From Mobula hypostoma (lineage: Eukaryota): a DNA stretch of 64,000 nucleotides. The notes below the pieces were generated by a model that saw only the letters and a list, made by a program, of their open reading frames with translations, was not told the origin of the DNA and ran no database searches. Positions 1 to 11,818 of this stretch are shown piece by piece; within the stretch, counting starts at the first letter, position 1; every line of letters begins with the position of its first letter. Both the position numbers and the translations under genes were made by a program. Location: the NCBI RefSeq assembly GCF_963921235.1, contig NC_086097.1:221032001-221096000 (forward strand), given 5' to 3'.

Positions 1-933
1 TGCTGGCTTCTGAAGGATTTTATAGATGTTAAAAACTACAGTCTCCCTGTTGGTTTTACCATTGTGTTCTCACTAATTCTAGGGATCATTTGTCTTGTAC
101 TGTACTACAGTTGTTGCCATCCAACTGGTAGAGACTTTAATCATACTGACAATGCAGTACAATTACCCCTATCTTGTGATGAAATTGATGGATACTCAAC
201 TGAAAAAAATTCAACAATTATACTGAAGAATAAAAATGAAAGTAGCATTATGATAAATTCAGCAGATACTAAATCTGGAAATATAAATTATAGAATAAAA
301 AAATGTTTAAGCATTTAATTTTGAATAAACCAACACTGGAATGAACTTGACTCTCCTCTACAGATGGAAGTTGTTATATTTGGTGTTTAAAAAAAACATT
401 TTACACATCATCATTTTTCCATTGGATTGTATTTCTAATTTATAAGGTATATAATCCATAGATGGAAAATGAACAAGTTTTTAAAATGAAGCTCTACCTG
501 TCAATTTAGGCATATGTTATATGCATCGTTTACGAAATAACAGGGAGCTTTCTGGACAGCAAGGGCTAAAGTAACTCTTTGCTCAACCAAGGTAAACAAC
601 TGACGGTTGCTCATCTCATTTTGGGATCTTGTGTAGCATTTCTTTGCATAATAATCAAAGCATGGTGACAGGTAACTGGAAAATGAAATGCTTTGCAATA
701 TGGCAATGTGCTAAATAAATGCAATTCAAAGGATGGTGGCAATCCATTTAATAGATTATAAATACCCTTCTGCTGTTAATTTTGAATAGAGATCACAAAT
801 ATGCTTTAGAATTGATAAGCTGTAAATATAATTTTTAGTGGCCATGCAAAGTACAAACACAGGTAAAGGTGCAATTTTCCACTGTGGCTGCTTTGAATCT
901 GTACAGAAAACCTATTGTTTTTTTTTTAAAGTA

Positions 934-1087
934 CAGGTCGACCTTCACTAATCCGACTAACTGTAATTCGGTTCCTTCGATAATCCAGCACTGATTACGC
1001 TTAATGTGATCCTTCTGTAATTCGGCATTTTCATTAACCCAGCACTGCTCAGATCCCAATGGTGCCAGATAAGTGAAGGTCGGCCTG
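934..1087. mobile_element. Tigger/pogo-type MITE (154 bp)
   Basis: TIRs CAGGTCGACCTTCACT / AGTGAAGGTCGGCCTG, TA on both flanks, no coding capacity. Confidence 0.8.
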
Positions 1088-1616
1088 TATTCTGACTTTA
1101 TTGTACAATGTTATTATCAGCACCACTGAAATAATAATTTATTTTAATAAACAAGAAAGTAAAACTTGAATATTGCAAATATGTTTGGTCTGAAGTAGAG
1201 ATTTAAAAATGAACTGGAAAATAAGTAGCCAAATGAAGAGGTAAATTTAGCAAATAATGAATAAAATAATACCATGCATCACAGAGTTCTCTCTCCAATC
1301 AGTCAGAAAGCTATTTAGTGGTTGGAATTTTGAATTGACTTACCAATTTCTCACCAGTCGTTTAAATAAATATGAATAGAAATCAAATATATTTTGGGAT
1401 TAGAATCACTATTCTTTTAATTATTATCATCAGTAGGAGCCTCATATCTATTTTCTGTCTGTATTTTATTTTGTGTTGTGCATTTATTATGGGTAGTTTG
1501 TCACATGATTGAGGCATGATAGGTGTGAAGAGTATAGTCGTGTGTTCATGCTTTGTCTTCAGTGCAGTTTTTAGTCTAGGTTAGAACCAGAGGCAGTTAG
1601 AAAGATATAACTCATA

Positions 1617-1618
<2 letters not shown>

Positions 1619-1647
<29 letters not shown>
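1619..1647. repeat. (GT)n microsatellite
   Basis: Directly visible dinucleotide run. Confidence 0.95.
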
Positions 1648-1649
<2 letters not shown>

Positions 1650-2359
1650 GTGTATGTGTGTATGTATATGTGTAAAAACATTTAGTTACAATGAAATAGA
1701 TGGATAAAATGGGAATCAATAGTGGTTGCTGATGGCCTTGTCATTCTTGTTCAGGTCATTCACTGGGAGGCACTGTTGGAATAGAAACTCAATGCACTTT
1801 GTAGACACTTTGTGCACTTTGAGGGTTATGGGTCGACAGGAGTTAAAATAGTTCAGCATGGTCTAGATGGGTTGAAGGGCCTATTTCTGTGCTGTAGCTT
1901 TCTGGCTCTATGACAATGACAGTTTGGACTAGAGTTGTAGTGCACCAGTTGAAGACGTATTGAATGTTTAGGTTGATGAAAAGAGTATCAATCAAATGGG
2001 CTGCTTTGTGCCAAGCTTTAGGAAAGTTGTTTTAGCTGTAGTACTTTAGGTAAGTGGTTAGAATTCCATCACTTTTGTAGAGGGTAGAGGGGTTTTGGGA
2101 TGTCAAGAGGTGGGATGTGAAGTATCTCTTCAGGATACCCAACCAGAAGTGTTGTCATAGTTACACTACCTTGGGGCTGGTCATCTGTGACCCTCAGTGT
2201 GTTAATCTGGGGATTTGACAATGATAATAGCATTGAATGCTCATGGAAGGTTCGTGTACTCTCATTGAAATGGATATTGTTTGGCATGGATGTTACCTGC
2301 TTATATGATGCTATGATGACCGAATGTTGTTTAGGACTGCTGTGGACTGCATTGTTTGC

Positions 2360-2545
2360 TGAGGAGAGCATAAAGCATGGGAGCAGAATTAGGCCATTTG
2401 CCCCACCAAGTCTGCTCCATCATGGCTAATTTATTATCCCCCTCAACCTCATTCTCTTGCCTTCTCCCTTAAACCTTTGACACCCTTATAATCAAGAACC
2501 TATCAACCTCTGCTTTAAATATGCCCAATGAGTTGGCCTCCACAG
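2360..2545 (-). mobile_element. CR1 LINE 3' end fragment
   Basis: Matches the 3' UTR/ORF2 end of other CR1 copies in the window (GGAGCAGAATTAGGCCATTTG...TTGGCCTCCACAG). Confidence 0.7.
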
Positions 2546-3619
2546 AGCTCGGTACTTGAACAGAAGGCTGGAGAATGTTGTGTGCATAATTGTTTGAGTT
2601 AGAATCAGGATGTTAATCTAAGTCACTCTGGGTTGTTGAAGGCATAAATCTGAAGTTAATAACTATCTGGGAGGAAAATATCGGTGGAGTGTTGATAGTG
2701 AAAGAAAACACGGTGGGTATGATGAATGGTATCATTTCATAAGGATTGATGTCACTCTTGAACATTCCATATGTGTGTGTCAAATACATGTACAACTGGA
2801 AGTAGTGTGTCCTATCCACCATAGGACTTTAATTGCACAAAAAGATGTGCTATGTATCTGGACTTGTGCGCCTTAGATTTTGGTCCCAAGTCTAAAGGCT
2901 GACATATCTGCTTCCCATGTTAACCAATGATTAGATTTTGCTGAGGTTGTGCAATCTTGATTTAAGCCAATTATTCCTGTTGTTCCTTTAAAAAAATAAT
3001 TCACCCTTAAGTTCTTGTTTCTTCTCTGCTTCCTGTCTTCTTGCTTGTCCATGCTTCCTCCCTATTTCTTCTTGACAGCAGGGCTTCACTTCATCCTCAT
3101 CCATAATTCCTGATGCAACAGCTATCCAATCTTCTCTCCTCCCTTTTCTTAAACTGCAAATCTTTCGTCTGCTTCTCTCTCTTTTTTACACTGTTGAATT
3201 TCTATTGGCACATGTACTCTAAGTTACCGAGCAAATTGTTTTGCTAAGTTTCTGCAGCTAAGCTCTGATAAAGTTATGTGCTAATGTTTCTATAATAATA
3301 ACCTTATCAATCCAGTTAACAACATTAAAATTTAAGTATTATCTATGCAAATTATTTGGTGGAAGTTGTTCACATGAAATTGATAATGAAATTAAGTCAA
3401 ATAACAGTGTTAGCTATCTAGTGATAATATTTCACACCCTAAGATAAATGGCAAAGAATAGTTAATTTCATTGTTCATGAAGATGTCGTATTATAAGGTA
3501 ATGCAATGGGTGACAGATGACACATTGTTCATAATAGAAGCTGCTCTACAGAATTCCCAAACACTGTCATTGAGTTGTGTTCACTTTTTATGAGATGGTG
3601 TCTGACATAATGTCGTCAA

Positions 3620-4830
3620 TGTAAGGCGACCGCTTTTGGTTCGTTTGTAATGGAAGTAAAGGGTTGTGGCTTTTGTTAAGCATATAAAATGACTATTCAG
3701 AAAATCCTACATTGGTGACCCCGACACCCTTAGACGATTCCAGAGTTACTCAGCAATGTGTTGACCTACACAGTTGCTTTGAAGCTGCTGGAGTTTGGGA
3801 ACTAACATGCTACCATGTGGTTTGCACAGCAGAAGCCCGGTTTGCACAGCAGAAGCCCAGTTTGCATTGCGAGAAATCACTGAAGACAATACCAAATTTT
3901 ACTATGCCGTTGCATCGCTAAGTACTTCCACTGCAGCCAAAGTGGTAAGTCTACTGGAAGACCCGTCTACATGTGATAAAGATGTCACCCTGAAAATACA
4001 CCTATTCCAGACTTCTGGACTGTTTGAGCATGCCACCAAATAGTCACTCTCCTTGCCTGGCTTGGGTGACACTAGGCCTTAATGGAGTATATGCTATCTC
4101 TCCCAGGCAATCACAATCCTTGTTTGATTTTTAAAGAACTCTTTATGCAACAAATGCCTGATCAAGTTCGCGTAGTCCTCACTAATACACCCGTGAAAAA
4201 CTATAGAGAGTTTGCTAAAATGGCCGATAGTCTGCACTAGGCCAGGCAGAAGTACATCGTTTCTCCTCATTTCCCTGTCTCAGTAAGTCCTGTCAGCAGA
4301 GCCTCCAGCAGGCTCATGCCCGTGGCTCTGAACCAGACAACAGCGGGTCTGTTTTTAAAACTGCTGTTATAACCCTGTTTGGTCTAGTTGAGTTTCTACG
4401 CATGCCATGTGGGCTGAGAAATGCAGCACAAGACTTTCTCGTGACTAATGGGCTCTGTGTTAAGACCTAGATTTTCATTTTGTTTACCTGGATGACATGC
4501 TTGTCACCAGCGCATCCAAAACTGAACACTTATCACACCTCCACACACTTTTCAAGCCCTTAAGCCAACATGGGCCAATTATTAACCCCACTAAATGCCC
4601 ATTTGGGTTGTCTACTATTGACTTTCTCGGCCCCTACATCACCGCAGAAGGTGCGACATCCCTGCCATCAAAAGTCACCTCGATTATGGACTTTCCACTG
4701 CTCGCTACTACCAAAGCATTGCAAGAGTTTTTGGGTAGTATGAATTTCCATCATTATTTTATTCTGCGAGCTGTAGAACTTGAGCAACTTGTGGCAGCTT
4801 GCCCATAGTATTCCGAGCCACCTTGTAAAC
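3620..4830 (+). mobile_element. Degenerate, internally deleted Gypsy LTR retrotransposon (gag + RT remnants)
   Basis: PBS-like TGGTGACCCCGAC near 3713; gag-like AEAQFALREITEDNTKFYYAVASL; RT-like MPCGLRNAAQ..YLDDMLV..KCPFGLSTIDFLG; frameshifted; ends approximate. Confidence 0.8.
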
Positions 4831-5459
4831 ATAAATGATTACTGACAGATCCTGCTGTGGAAGAGTCTCAGCCCAGAAAAGCAAGTCAAGGCTGGTGTTA
4901 TGCTTCGTATCTTCAAAACATTAAACTAATTCAAAGAAATTCACAAGAATCCAAAAATATGGGTGTAGTTTGAGTTTACTTTTAAGGGAGGCATGCATGA
5001 ATCACATAGTAGTCTGATGCCATATGCAGTTAATGTATTTTTAGGTATAACCTGTAATGAATTATTTGAATGAGCAAGAATGTTTAATCAAGCAATATAT
5101 ACAAGGTTACTCAAGTGTTATCAAAATGCTCCTCCCAGCTTAGCTATAAACTCCAACTCAATAGAGAATACATCTCAACTATATACATAGTATATAATAT
5201 AATACAACTACTACATACAGACATTCACAGCATAGTAAATTTTAAATTGTTCTAATCAGGCGTAATGATTTAATTGCTGTGGAGGATTTCACACTCTTGT
5301 GGGATAAAGTCTTTCCTGACAAGGTGGATCACTCTACTTGGCAGCTAAGACTTGTGGCTGAGACACAATCTCAGGTTCTGGGGTCTCCTCTGTGGTGGTT
5401 GTAGGAGTTGACTCTTAGACTGCATAAAGTGGTTCTAACATCTATGTAGATCTTTCTTC

Positions 5460-6068
5460 TTCTTTTCTTTCTCTGGATCTACTTCGATCACTTTCTTTTT
5501 CTTTGTCATGTCCTTTCTCACATTCTGTCCCTCTTTAACACCATTCTGTTTCTCGTTCACTTTCTTACTGTCCATCACTTCCCTTTTTTTCTTCTAGTTT
5601 GTGCATCTTGATCTTGGGAAGATGCATTAAGTTCTCTGGAATATTCTCTGACTAATCCTTCTATTGCTCCCTTTACGATCTGATCACTCCTCCTGGTTCC
5701 TCATCCATAACATCATCTGATGGATTCTCTGTTTTCGTATCTCCATTGACTCCTTTCCTTTTAGCCTTCCATTTCAGTTCATACAATAACAATAACTTAC
5801 ACAGAGTAGTCACTTGTTCTATGTACTCACAAAAACCAAGAGCTTGCAACTTTCCTGAAACTCCTTGAACTTTCTTCCAGCTTAAAACATAGCCACATTT
5901 CACAATTAACTGCCTAATCAATAAATCAGAAGCTTTTTCGGATACGTTGCCTAGAAAAACTTGTAGTCTCACCACTGCTTTTGTCACTTTCACATTTCCA
6001 CTGAGCGGCATGGTTCAATATGCTTTCTAACCAGAGACACAAAGGTTGGCTCCAACACCCGTTTGTCC
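5460..6068 (-). pseudogene. RBM25: Processed (intronless) RBM25 fragment inside the Gypsy element
   Basis: VFLGNVSEKASDLLIRQLIVKCGYVLSWKKVQGVSGKLQALGFCEY matches the RBM25 RRM (recalled: VFVGNISEKASDMLIRQLLAKCGLVLSWKRVQGASGKLQAFGFCEY). After a frameshift, DQIVKGAIEGLVREYSRELNASSQD (recalled: DQMIKGAIEVLIREYSSELNAPSQE), then R/E-rich DRSRSRE. Frameshifts and internal deletions. Confidence 0.9.
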
Positions 6069-7696
6069 TCTGTTGTGGCATCATCCAGTACCTTGCTTAA
6101 TTTGCTTTCGGTTGGTTTCATTGCAGGAGATGTTGCATGCAAATAGTGGATGGATCTCCAATCAAGTTGTAGATGTCTCAGTCAATCATGCCCCCACAAT
6201 GCTGTCCCTCCTGTTTTTACCACAGACAAGCTCAATGTGGCTTACTGGTGGTTGTATTTCACTGCTGTGAATGTCATTCTAAGAGGAGTTATCTTTTCTT
6301 CAGAACAGGTTCTTTGAAATCTGCAGGCTTCAGTTTAGTACAGAATCTTTGAAACGCCATTTAAACTCATTTGAGGAATGACTGAAACGTCTGAACCAGT
6401 GTCTAATTCCATTTAATTTATTGTTCACTTCTGGCATAAGCCATATTTCTTGGCTACTGTTAATTTTCACACTGTTAATCTCAAGGCAACACAATCCTGT
6501 GTCACTCTCATCATTGTCAGAATTTTCATCAATAGCGCGTGGATTATTGCTGTTTTAGAAACTGCAGCTTGACTCTACCTGAGCAGTCTATTTATTTTTG
6601 ACTGCTCTTTGTACATGTACTACGTTGTTGCATTTTCTGCAAGTTTCAATTTAAATCTAGATTTGTTTGGTGTATGTGAGCCTCTGACACAACGATAACA
6701 CAATTTGTTTGGACAGGCCGGTTTCTGTGTAGACAATACTCCTCAATTCTGTCTCTGTCTGCAGTCACCATTGAAATAGCAATTTCCACTGCTCGTTTGA
6801 ATATAAGCTGTCCGTCAGCTGGCAGTTATTTTTGAATGCTGTCTTTTAAGGTTCCACAAACTAAATTATTTCTCAGTAATCATTAAGCCCGTTACCAAAC
6901 TGACAATGCTCAGACAATCTCTTCAATTCAGTCACATATGCTGAAATGGACTTCCCTTCTTTTTGATTTCACTATGAAACCTAAAGCGCTCTGCAATCAA
7001 CAATGGGTTGGGTTCTAAGTGTTCCTGCATCACTTTGACTACAATAGCAAAGCTCATTTCTGATCGTTTGGTTGGGGCAGCCTTTAAACCTAATGCACTC
7101 AGCAAAATTGGCATTGGCTATTTCATTTGCCAATACAGTTCCAATAGTTCAATATACATGAGCCAATTTCCCAATGTGTATTCAAACTTATTGATCTTTC
7201 CAATGTAGCCAATCATTTCTGAATTTTTTAATGATTAGTATTACCCAGTACTCACAGTTAATAAACCCGGAATTCTTCTGCTTTCTTACTTTTTAAAAAA
7301 AAACTTCGTTGTGTCTTCCCTACCGAAGAATATGTGTTGTGCTGCTTTTTTAAACTTGGCCATCTTGCTGCATGTGCTGGACTAGGTATTTTACTCGACG
7401 TTCCTCCGCATTTTCCCTAGTTCAAATGTCTTGCTGCACTTTAACAGGTCGGTAGCCATGTTGGGTTCATTTTAAAATACTTCATCGCCAATGTTATTTT
7501 TTATGACTTCAAAACATTAAACTCATTCAAAGAAACTTGTGGGAGGCCAAAAATATGGGTGTAGTTCGAGTTTACTTTTAAATGAGGCGCACATGTATCA
7601 CATGGTAGTGTGATGACATATGCAATTAATGTATTTTAACATATAACTCATAATTAATTATTTAAACAAACAATATTGCTTAATCAAACAACAACA

Positions 7697-8350
7697 TGTG
7701 CGGCCATTTTGGTGGTTATGTCTGTTATCTGTCAAGTAGGGTACCATGCACAATTCTGATTTGATGGAGACAGATGTGAGAGCACGGAGGAACATCTGGA
7801 AAACTTCTGAAATACCCGCTTCGCTGCCGCTTCTACTGTGTGGTAACTGGAATCTCTGGAGCAGAAGGTCCCGAAATCCTCGGCTTTGCGCGTTTCAGCG
7901 GCCGGGGAGAGGTCGAAGGCGCTCGGCAGAGGATGGCACTCAGGAGGCTGCATCGGAGAGGCTGGTTGGAAGCTCAAAGTTTTCGGACGGATGGACTCAG
8001 TGTCGGCTATGGTCGGCTGCATCCAAGGCATTGGCAAGTTGACGGTGCCTGGAGGTTTATAGCAGGGAGTTTCTCCCTTTTGCCACCAGCTATTGGGGAC
8101 TCAGGAGTCGATCGACTCGGGACTTAGAGACTTTTTTTTTACCGTGCCCATGATCTGTTCTTCATCAAATTATGGTATTGCTTTGCACTGCTGTAACTAT
8201 ATGTTATAATTATGTGGTTCTGTCGGTGTTAGTCTTCAGTTTGTCCTGTTTTCTGTGATATCATCCTGGAGAAACATTGTATCATTTCTTAATGCATGCA
8301 TGCATTTCTAAATGACAATAAAAAGAGGACTGAATGTTCTAATAATCTAA
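7697..8350 (+). mobile_element. Non-autonomous retroelement (Rex1/Babar-like tail) inserted into the Gypsy 5' LTR
   Basis: Homologous to 49681-50365; ends TGACAATAAAAAGAGGACTG...CTAATAATCTAA; LTR sequence resumes after it. Confidence 0.7.
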
Positions 8351-8989
8351 AATATATATATATACATACACAGAGTGACTCAAATATTGTGGAAATAGTA
8401 CATACACAACAGCTGGGATGGATACAAGCAGCCATGCTGGCAAACTGACAAGATAAGTATAACATCCTCAACATATCTAATAGACATGTTATGCAATGCT
8501 GATAACATTGTTGGATTTTTTTGAATAAAACACAGGAGAGTCATTTTATGTGCTTATCAAAAGCAGCCTTTATTTCCATTATGAACAAACCAAAAGCAGA
8601 GATAAGGGGTTTTAAATTAAAATATTACTTATCCAGAGGCCATTTCAAGTGTATGAAATATGGATTGCCTGTGTGTTCTTTAGAATCTACAGTTTTCCAT
8701 GCTTTCCTCTGTGTGCCTAATACACAGGGAGAAAGGTCTGGCCTGCACGTGCTGTCCAGTGACAGGCAGTGCACGGGTGGTTGCCTTGTCCTTGATTTTT
8801 GTGTCGTGTATGTAGTCTGTGGATGGCAAGGTTCATCCAGGCAGAGGCAGGACTTTCAACACTTAGGAGACCTGCTATGTCATGACATAATGGAATATAT
8901 CTGATGAAGTCTGAGACCACGGAGTCCTGCACTGAGTCTTGGGTTAATTCCTTCTCATCAAATGTTTAATAGGAAATCACATGAGATGC

Positions 8990-10630
8990 TGGCTGGTGAT
9001 AGGTGGAAGAGGCAAAGGACCGAAGAAGATGGACTCTGACAGCAGAGGATATTAGACTGTGTAATAAAAGGGGAAGGAGGAAACAAGAGAGAGGAAGATA
9101 TGGAAAATGGGCAGGCCTTGAGGGTGGGGAGGGGCTAAAGGGATGAGGGAAAATATAAAGGGGCAGGGGAGCGGTTAACAGGAGTGAGAGAAATTGATGT
9201 TGGTGCCACCAGGATGAAAACTATCAAGTCAGAAAATGAGGTGCTATTCCTCTAATCTACATCTAGACTCATCTGGGCAGTAGAGGAGGCCGTGGATAGA
9301 CGTGTCAGTGTGGGAATGGAAAGTGGAATTAAAGCGGGTGGCTCCTGGCTGTAACAGACAGAGTAAAGGTGATCGACGAAGCAATCCCCCAACCTGTGTC
9401 AGGTCTCATCAATGGCTGAAGTAAATGACACTGATGGATTCACATGGGGAATGCTGTCCCAGCCGGAAGGACTGTTTAGGGTCCTGAATGGTGGTGAGCG
9501 AGGAGGTGAAGGGCCAAGTATAACATTTGGAATGGTTGTGGAGTTGAGTGCTGGTATGGGAGATGTGTTGGCGGTGAGGAATGAACAGGGAAATCGCAAA
9601 GACGGACCCCTGTGGGAAGTGGTGAGGGGAGTGAAGTGGGAGATGTGCTTGGTGATGCAACCCTGTTGGGGTTGGCAGAGGTTGTAAAGAATGATATGTT
9701 GGATACAGAGGCTCATGGGGTGGTAGGTGAAGACAATGGGAATAGTATCCCTGTTATGTCAGGGGTGGGGGCTGCATTGATAGCAATGGAAGTAAAAAAG
9801 GAGGGCATCTCCTGGAAGGGAAAGTCTCACTATCAGAACAGCTGTAGTGGAGATTGAGGAACTGAGAGAAGGGAATAGCATCCTTGCAAGAGACAGGGTG
9901 GGAGGAAGTGTAGTCAAGTGGGTTTGTAAAGGTGTTGGTAGGATACCTGATAATGGAGGTGGAGACAGAGAGATCAAGAAAGGAGAGAGAGGTGCAAGAG
10001 ATGGATCAAATAACTTTGAGGGCAGGGTGGAAGTTGGAGGCGAAGATGATTAATTGAAGAGCTCTGCATGGGTGCTGGAAATGGCACCAATGCAGTCATC
10101 AGTGTGGTGCAGGAGGAGTTGGGGAGAATTATTGATGTAGGCTTGGAATAAGGAATGTCCCAGGTAGTTGACGAAAAGGCAGGCATAGTTGGGGCCCATG
10201 TGTGTGCCCATGGTTACACATCATTGATCTGGAGAAAGGGTGAGAAACCAAAAGAGTGAGGATCAGTTCCACCAGATGGAGAGGGATGGAGAGTAGGAGG
10301 CGCATTGTCAGGAAAGAAGTGGAGAGCATTGAGGCTTTCATGATGGGGAAATGGAAGGGTACAGGGACTGGATGTCCATGGTGATAATGATGCAGTTAGA
10401 GCCAACGAACTGATAATAGTTGAAGTGGTGGGGAGCATGTGAAATATCACAAATGCAGGTGGGTAGGAGATAAGCCAAGAGGGACAAAGTGGAGTCAAAA
10501 TAGAAGGATATGAGTTCAGTGAGGCAGGAGCAGCCAGAATCAATGGACCAAATGGACCTTTAGGATTGCGGATCATGGGTAGGAGGTAGAAATGGGCAGA
10601 TTGGTCTTGGGGAACTACGAGTTCAGAGGC
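8990..10630 (-). mobile_element. Old Penelope-like element (RT + GIY-YIG remnants)
   Basis: Minus strand has GHTHGPQLCLPF (frameshifted MGTHMGPNYACLF RT motif) and SSLTTIQDPKQSFRLGQHSPCES; homologous to younger copies at 34120-35057. Confidence 0.75.
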
Positions 10631-10789
10631 TGTAGAAAGGAGATCTAAGATTCTATGGTTGTTACTACAGGCTGTGGGAAGTCGTTAGGGGGAATAGCAG
10701 AAAGCAATCCAGGATCTAGCTGTAGAATTCTTTTCAGCATGTTGCATGTAGGGAGGCACAGTTTCAGAAGCACCTGGTTTCTAACATCT

Positions 10790-11105
10790 GCACTTATCTG
10801 AGGACTAACGTCTGAGAATAGGATAGAGGGAGGTCCTTTTAGAATGGAGATGAGGGATTTTGTTAGCCAGAGAGTGGTGAATCACAGGCAGCTGTGGAGG
10901 CCAAGTCTGTATGTATATTGATATTGTATATTTAAGGCAGAGGATGATAGATTCTTGATTGGTCGGGCATGAAAGGATATGAAGGGATATTGGGAGAAGG
11001 CAGGAGAATGGGACTGAGAGGAAAGTTGGATAAGCAATGATGAAATGGTGGAGCAGATGTGGTGGGCCAAATGGGCTAATTCTGCTCCTATATCTTATGG
11101 TCTTT
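10790..11105 (+). mobile_element. CR1 LINE 3' fragment
   Basis: CR1 ORF2 C-terminal motif (FRMEMR..FVSQRVVN) and 3' UTR ending TCTTATGGTCTT. Confidence 0.75.
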
Positions 11106-11559
11106 TGGTGAAATAACCTGGTGAGTTCATAATGTAGAAAGCATCAAGTGACATCTTGTGGTGAAATGTAGAACTGTAGAGAATGACTGCACTGACACAT
11201 TTTCAATAGATCTTGTGATGCTTTCGTCACTTGTGTGAAGCTGCTGTGTCTATCCTTTACACGTAGAGACCTGACTGAGGAAAATGTAAGCAATAAAATC
11301 TTAATTTGTATACACATGTTCCTGAGGCTTTCTCAGTTTAATAAAATTGTAGAATATACTAAGTATGTGGCAGAAGAGAAGGCTATTTGGTCCATTGCAT
11401 CTGTGCAGATCAGAAAAAAAAGTCAGATAGCTCAGTATCATCTTGTGGCATTAAGCCCAATGCTCTGCATGCTATGGCTCTTTAAGTGCTCATCCAGGTA
11501 CTTTTTAAATGTAATGAGGGTTTCTGCCTCTACCACTCTTAATTAATTTTTTGAACTTC

Positions 11560-11815
11560 AGAGATACAGCACGAAACAGGTCCTCCTGGTCATCAGCAAC
11601 CCTCTGATTTAACCCTAGCTGAATCATAGGGTAATTTACAAGGATAAATTAACAAACTAACTGGTATGTCTTTGGACTGTGGGAGCAACTGGAGCATCTG
11701 GGGAAAGCCCATGTGCACACAGGAAGGGAAGTAACAACTTGCTGACAGAGAACGCCAGAACTGAACTCTGAACTCCAATGTCCGGAGTTGTAATAGCTTC
11801 TCACTAACCGCTACA
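11560..11815 (-). mobile_element. V-SINE/HE1-like SINE remnant
   Basis: Reverse complement contains a V-domain-like CCCTTCCTGTGTGCACATGGGCTTTCCCCAGATGCTCCAGTTGCTCCCACAGTCCAAAGACATAC. Confidence 0.6.
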
Positions 11816-11818
11816 TTA

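Larger units (their letters stand above)
4896..8411 (-). mobile_element. Gypsy LTR retrotransposon carrying a captured host mRNA fragment
   Basis: TG...CA ends with 5-bp TSD GCTGG (4891-4895, 8412-8416). Direct-repeat LTRs 4896-~5128 and 7492-8411 (interrupted). PBS TGGCGATGAAG at 7480-7490 (-); PPT-like 5129-5143. Gag from ATG ~7216 (VMQEHLEPNPLLIAERFRFH), protease MELDTGSDVSVI near 6400, integrase tail YPTRV.NPPQ near 5290. Confidence 0.9.

Noticed and set aside
499..676. Coding exon on either strand
   Set aside because: Splice-like signals exist, but stops occur in all frames tested and no protein is recognisable; at most a non-coding element.
5673..6011. ORF as a functional RBM25 gene or exon
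   Set aside because: Frameshifted, internally deleted, lacks splice sites and is embedded between Gypsy protease and integrase remnants.
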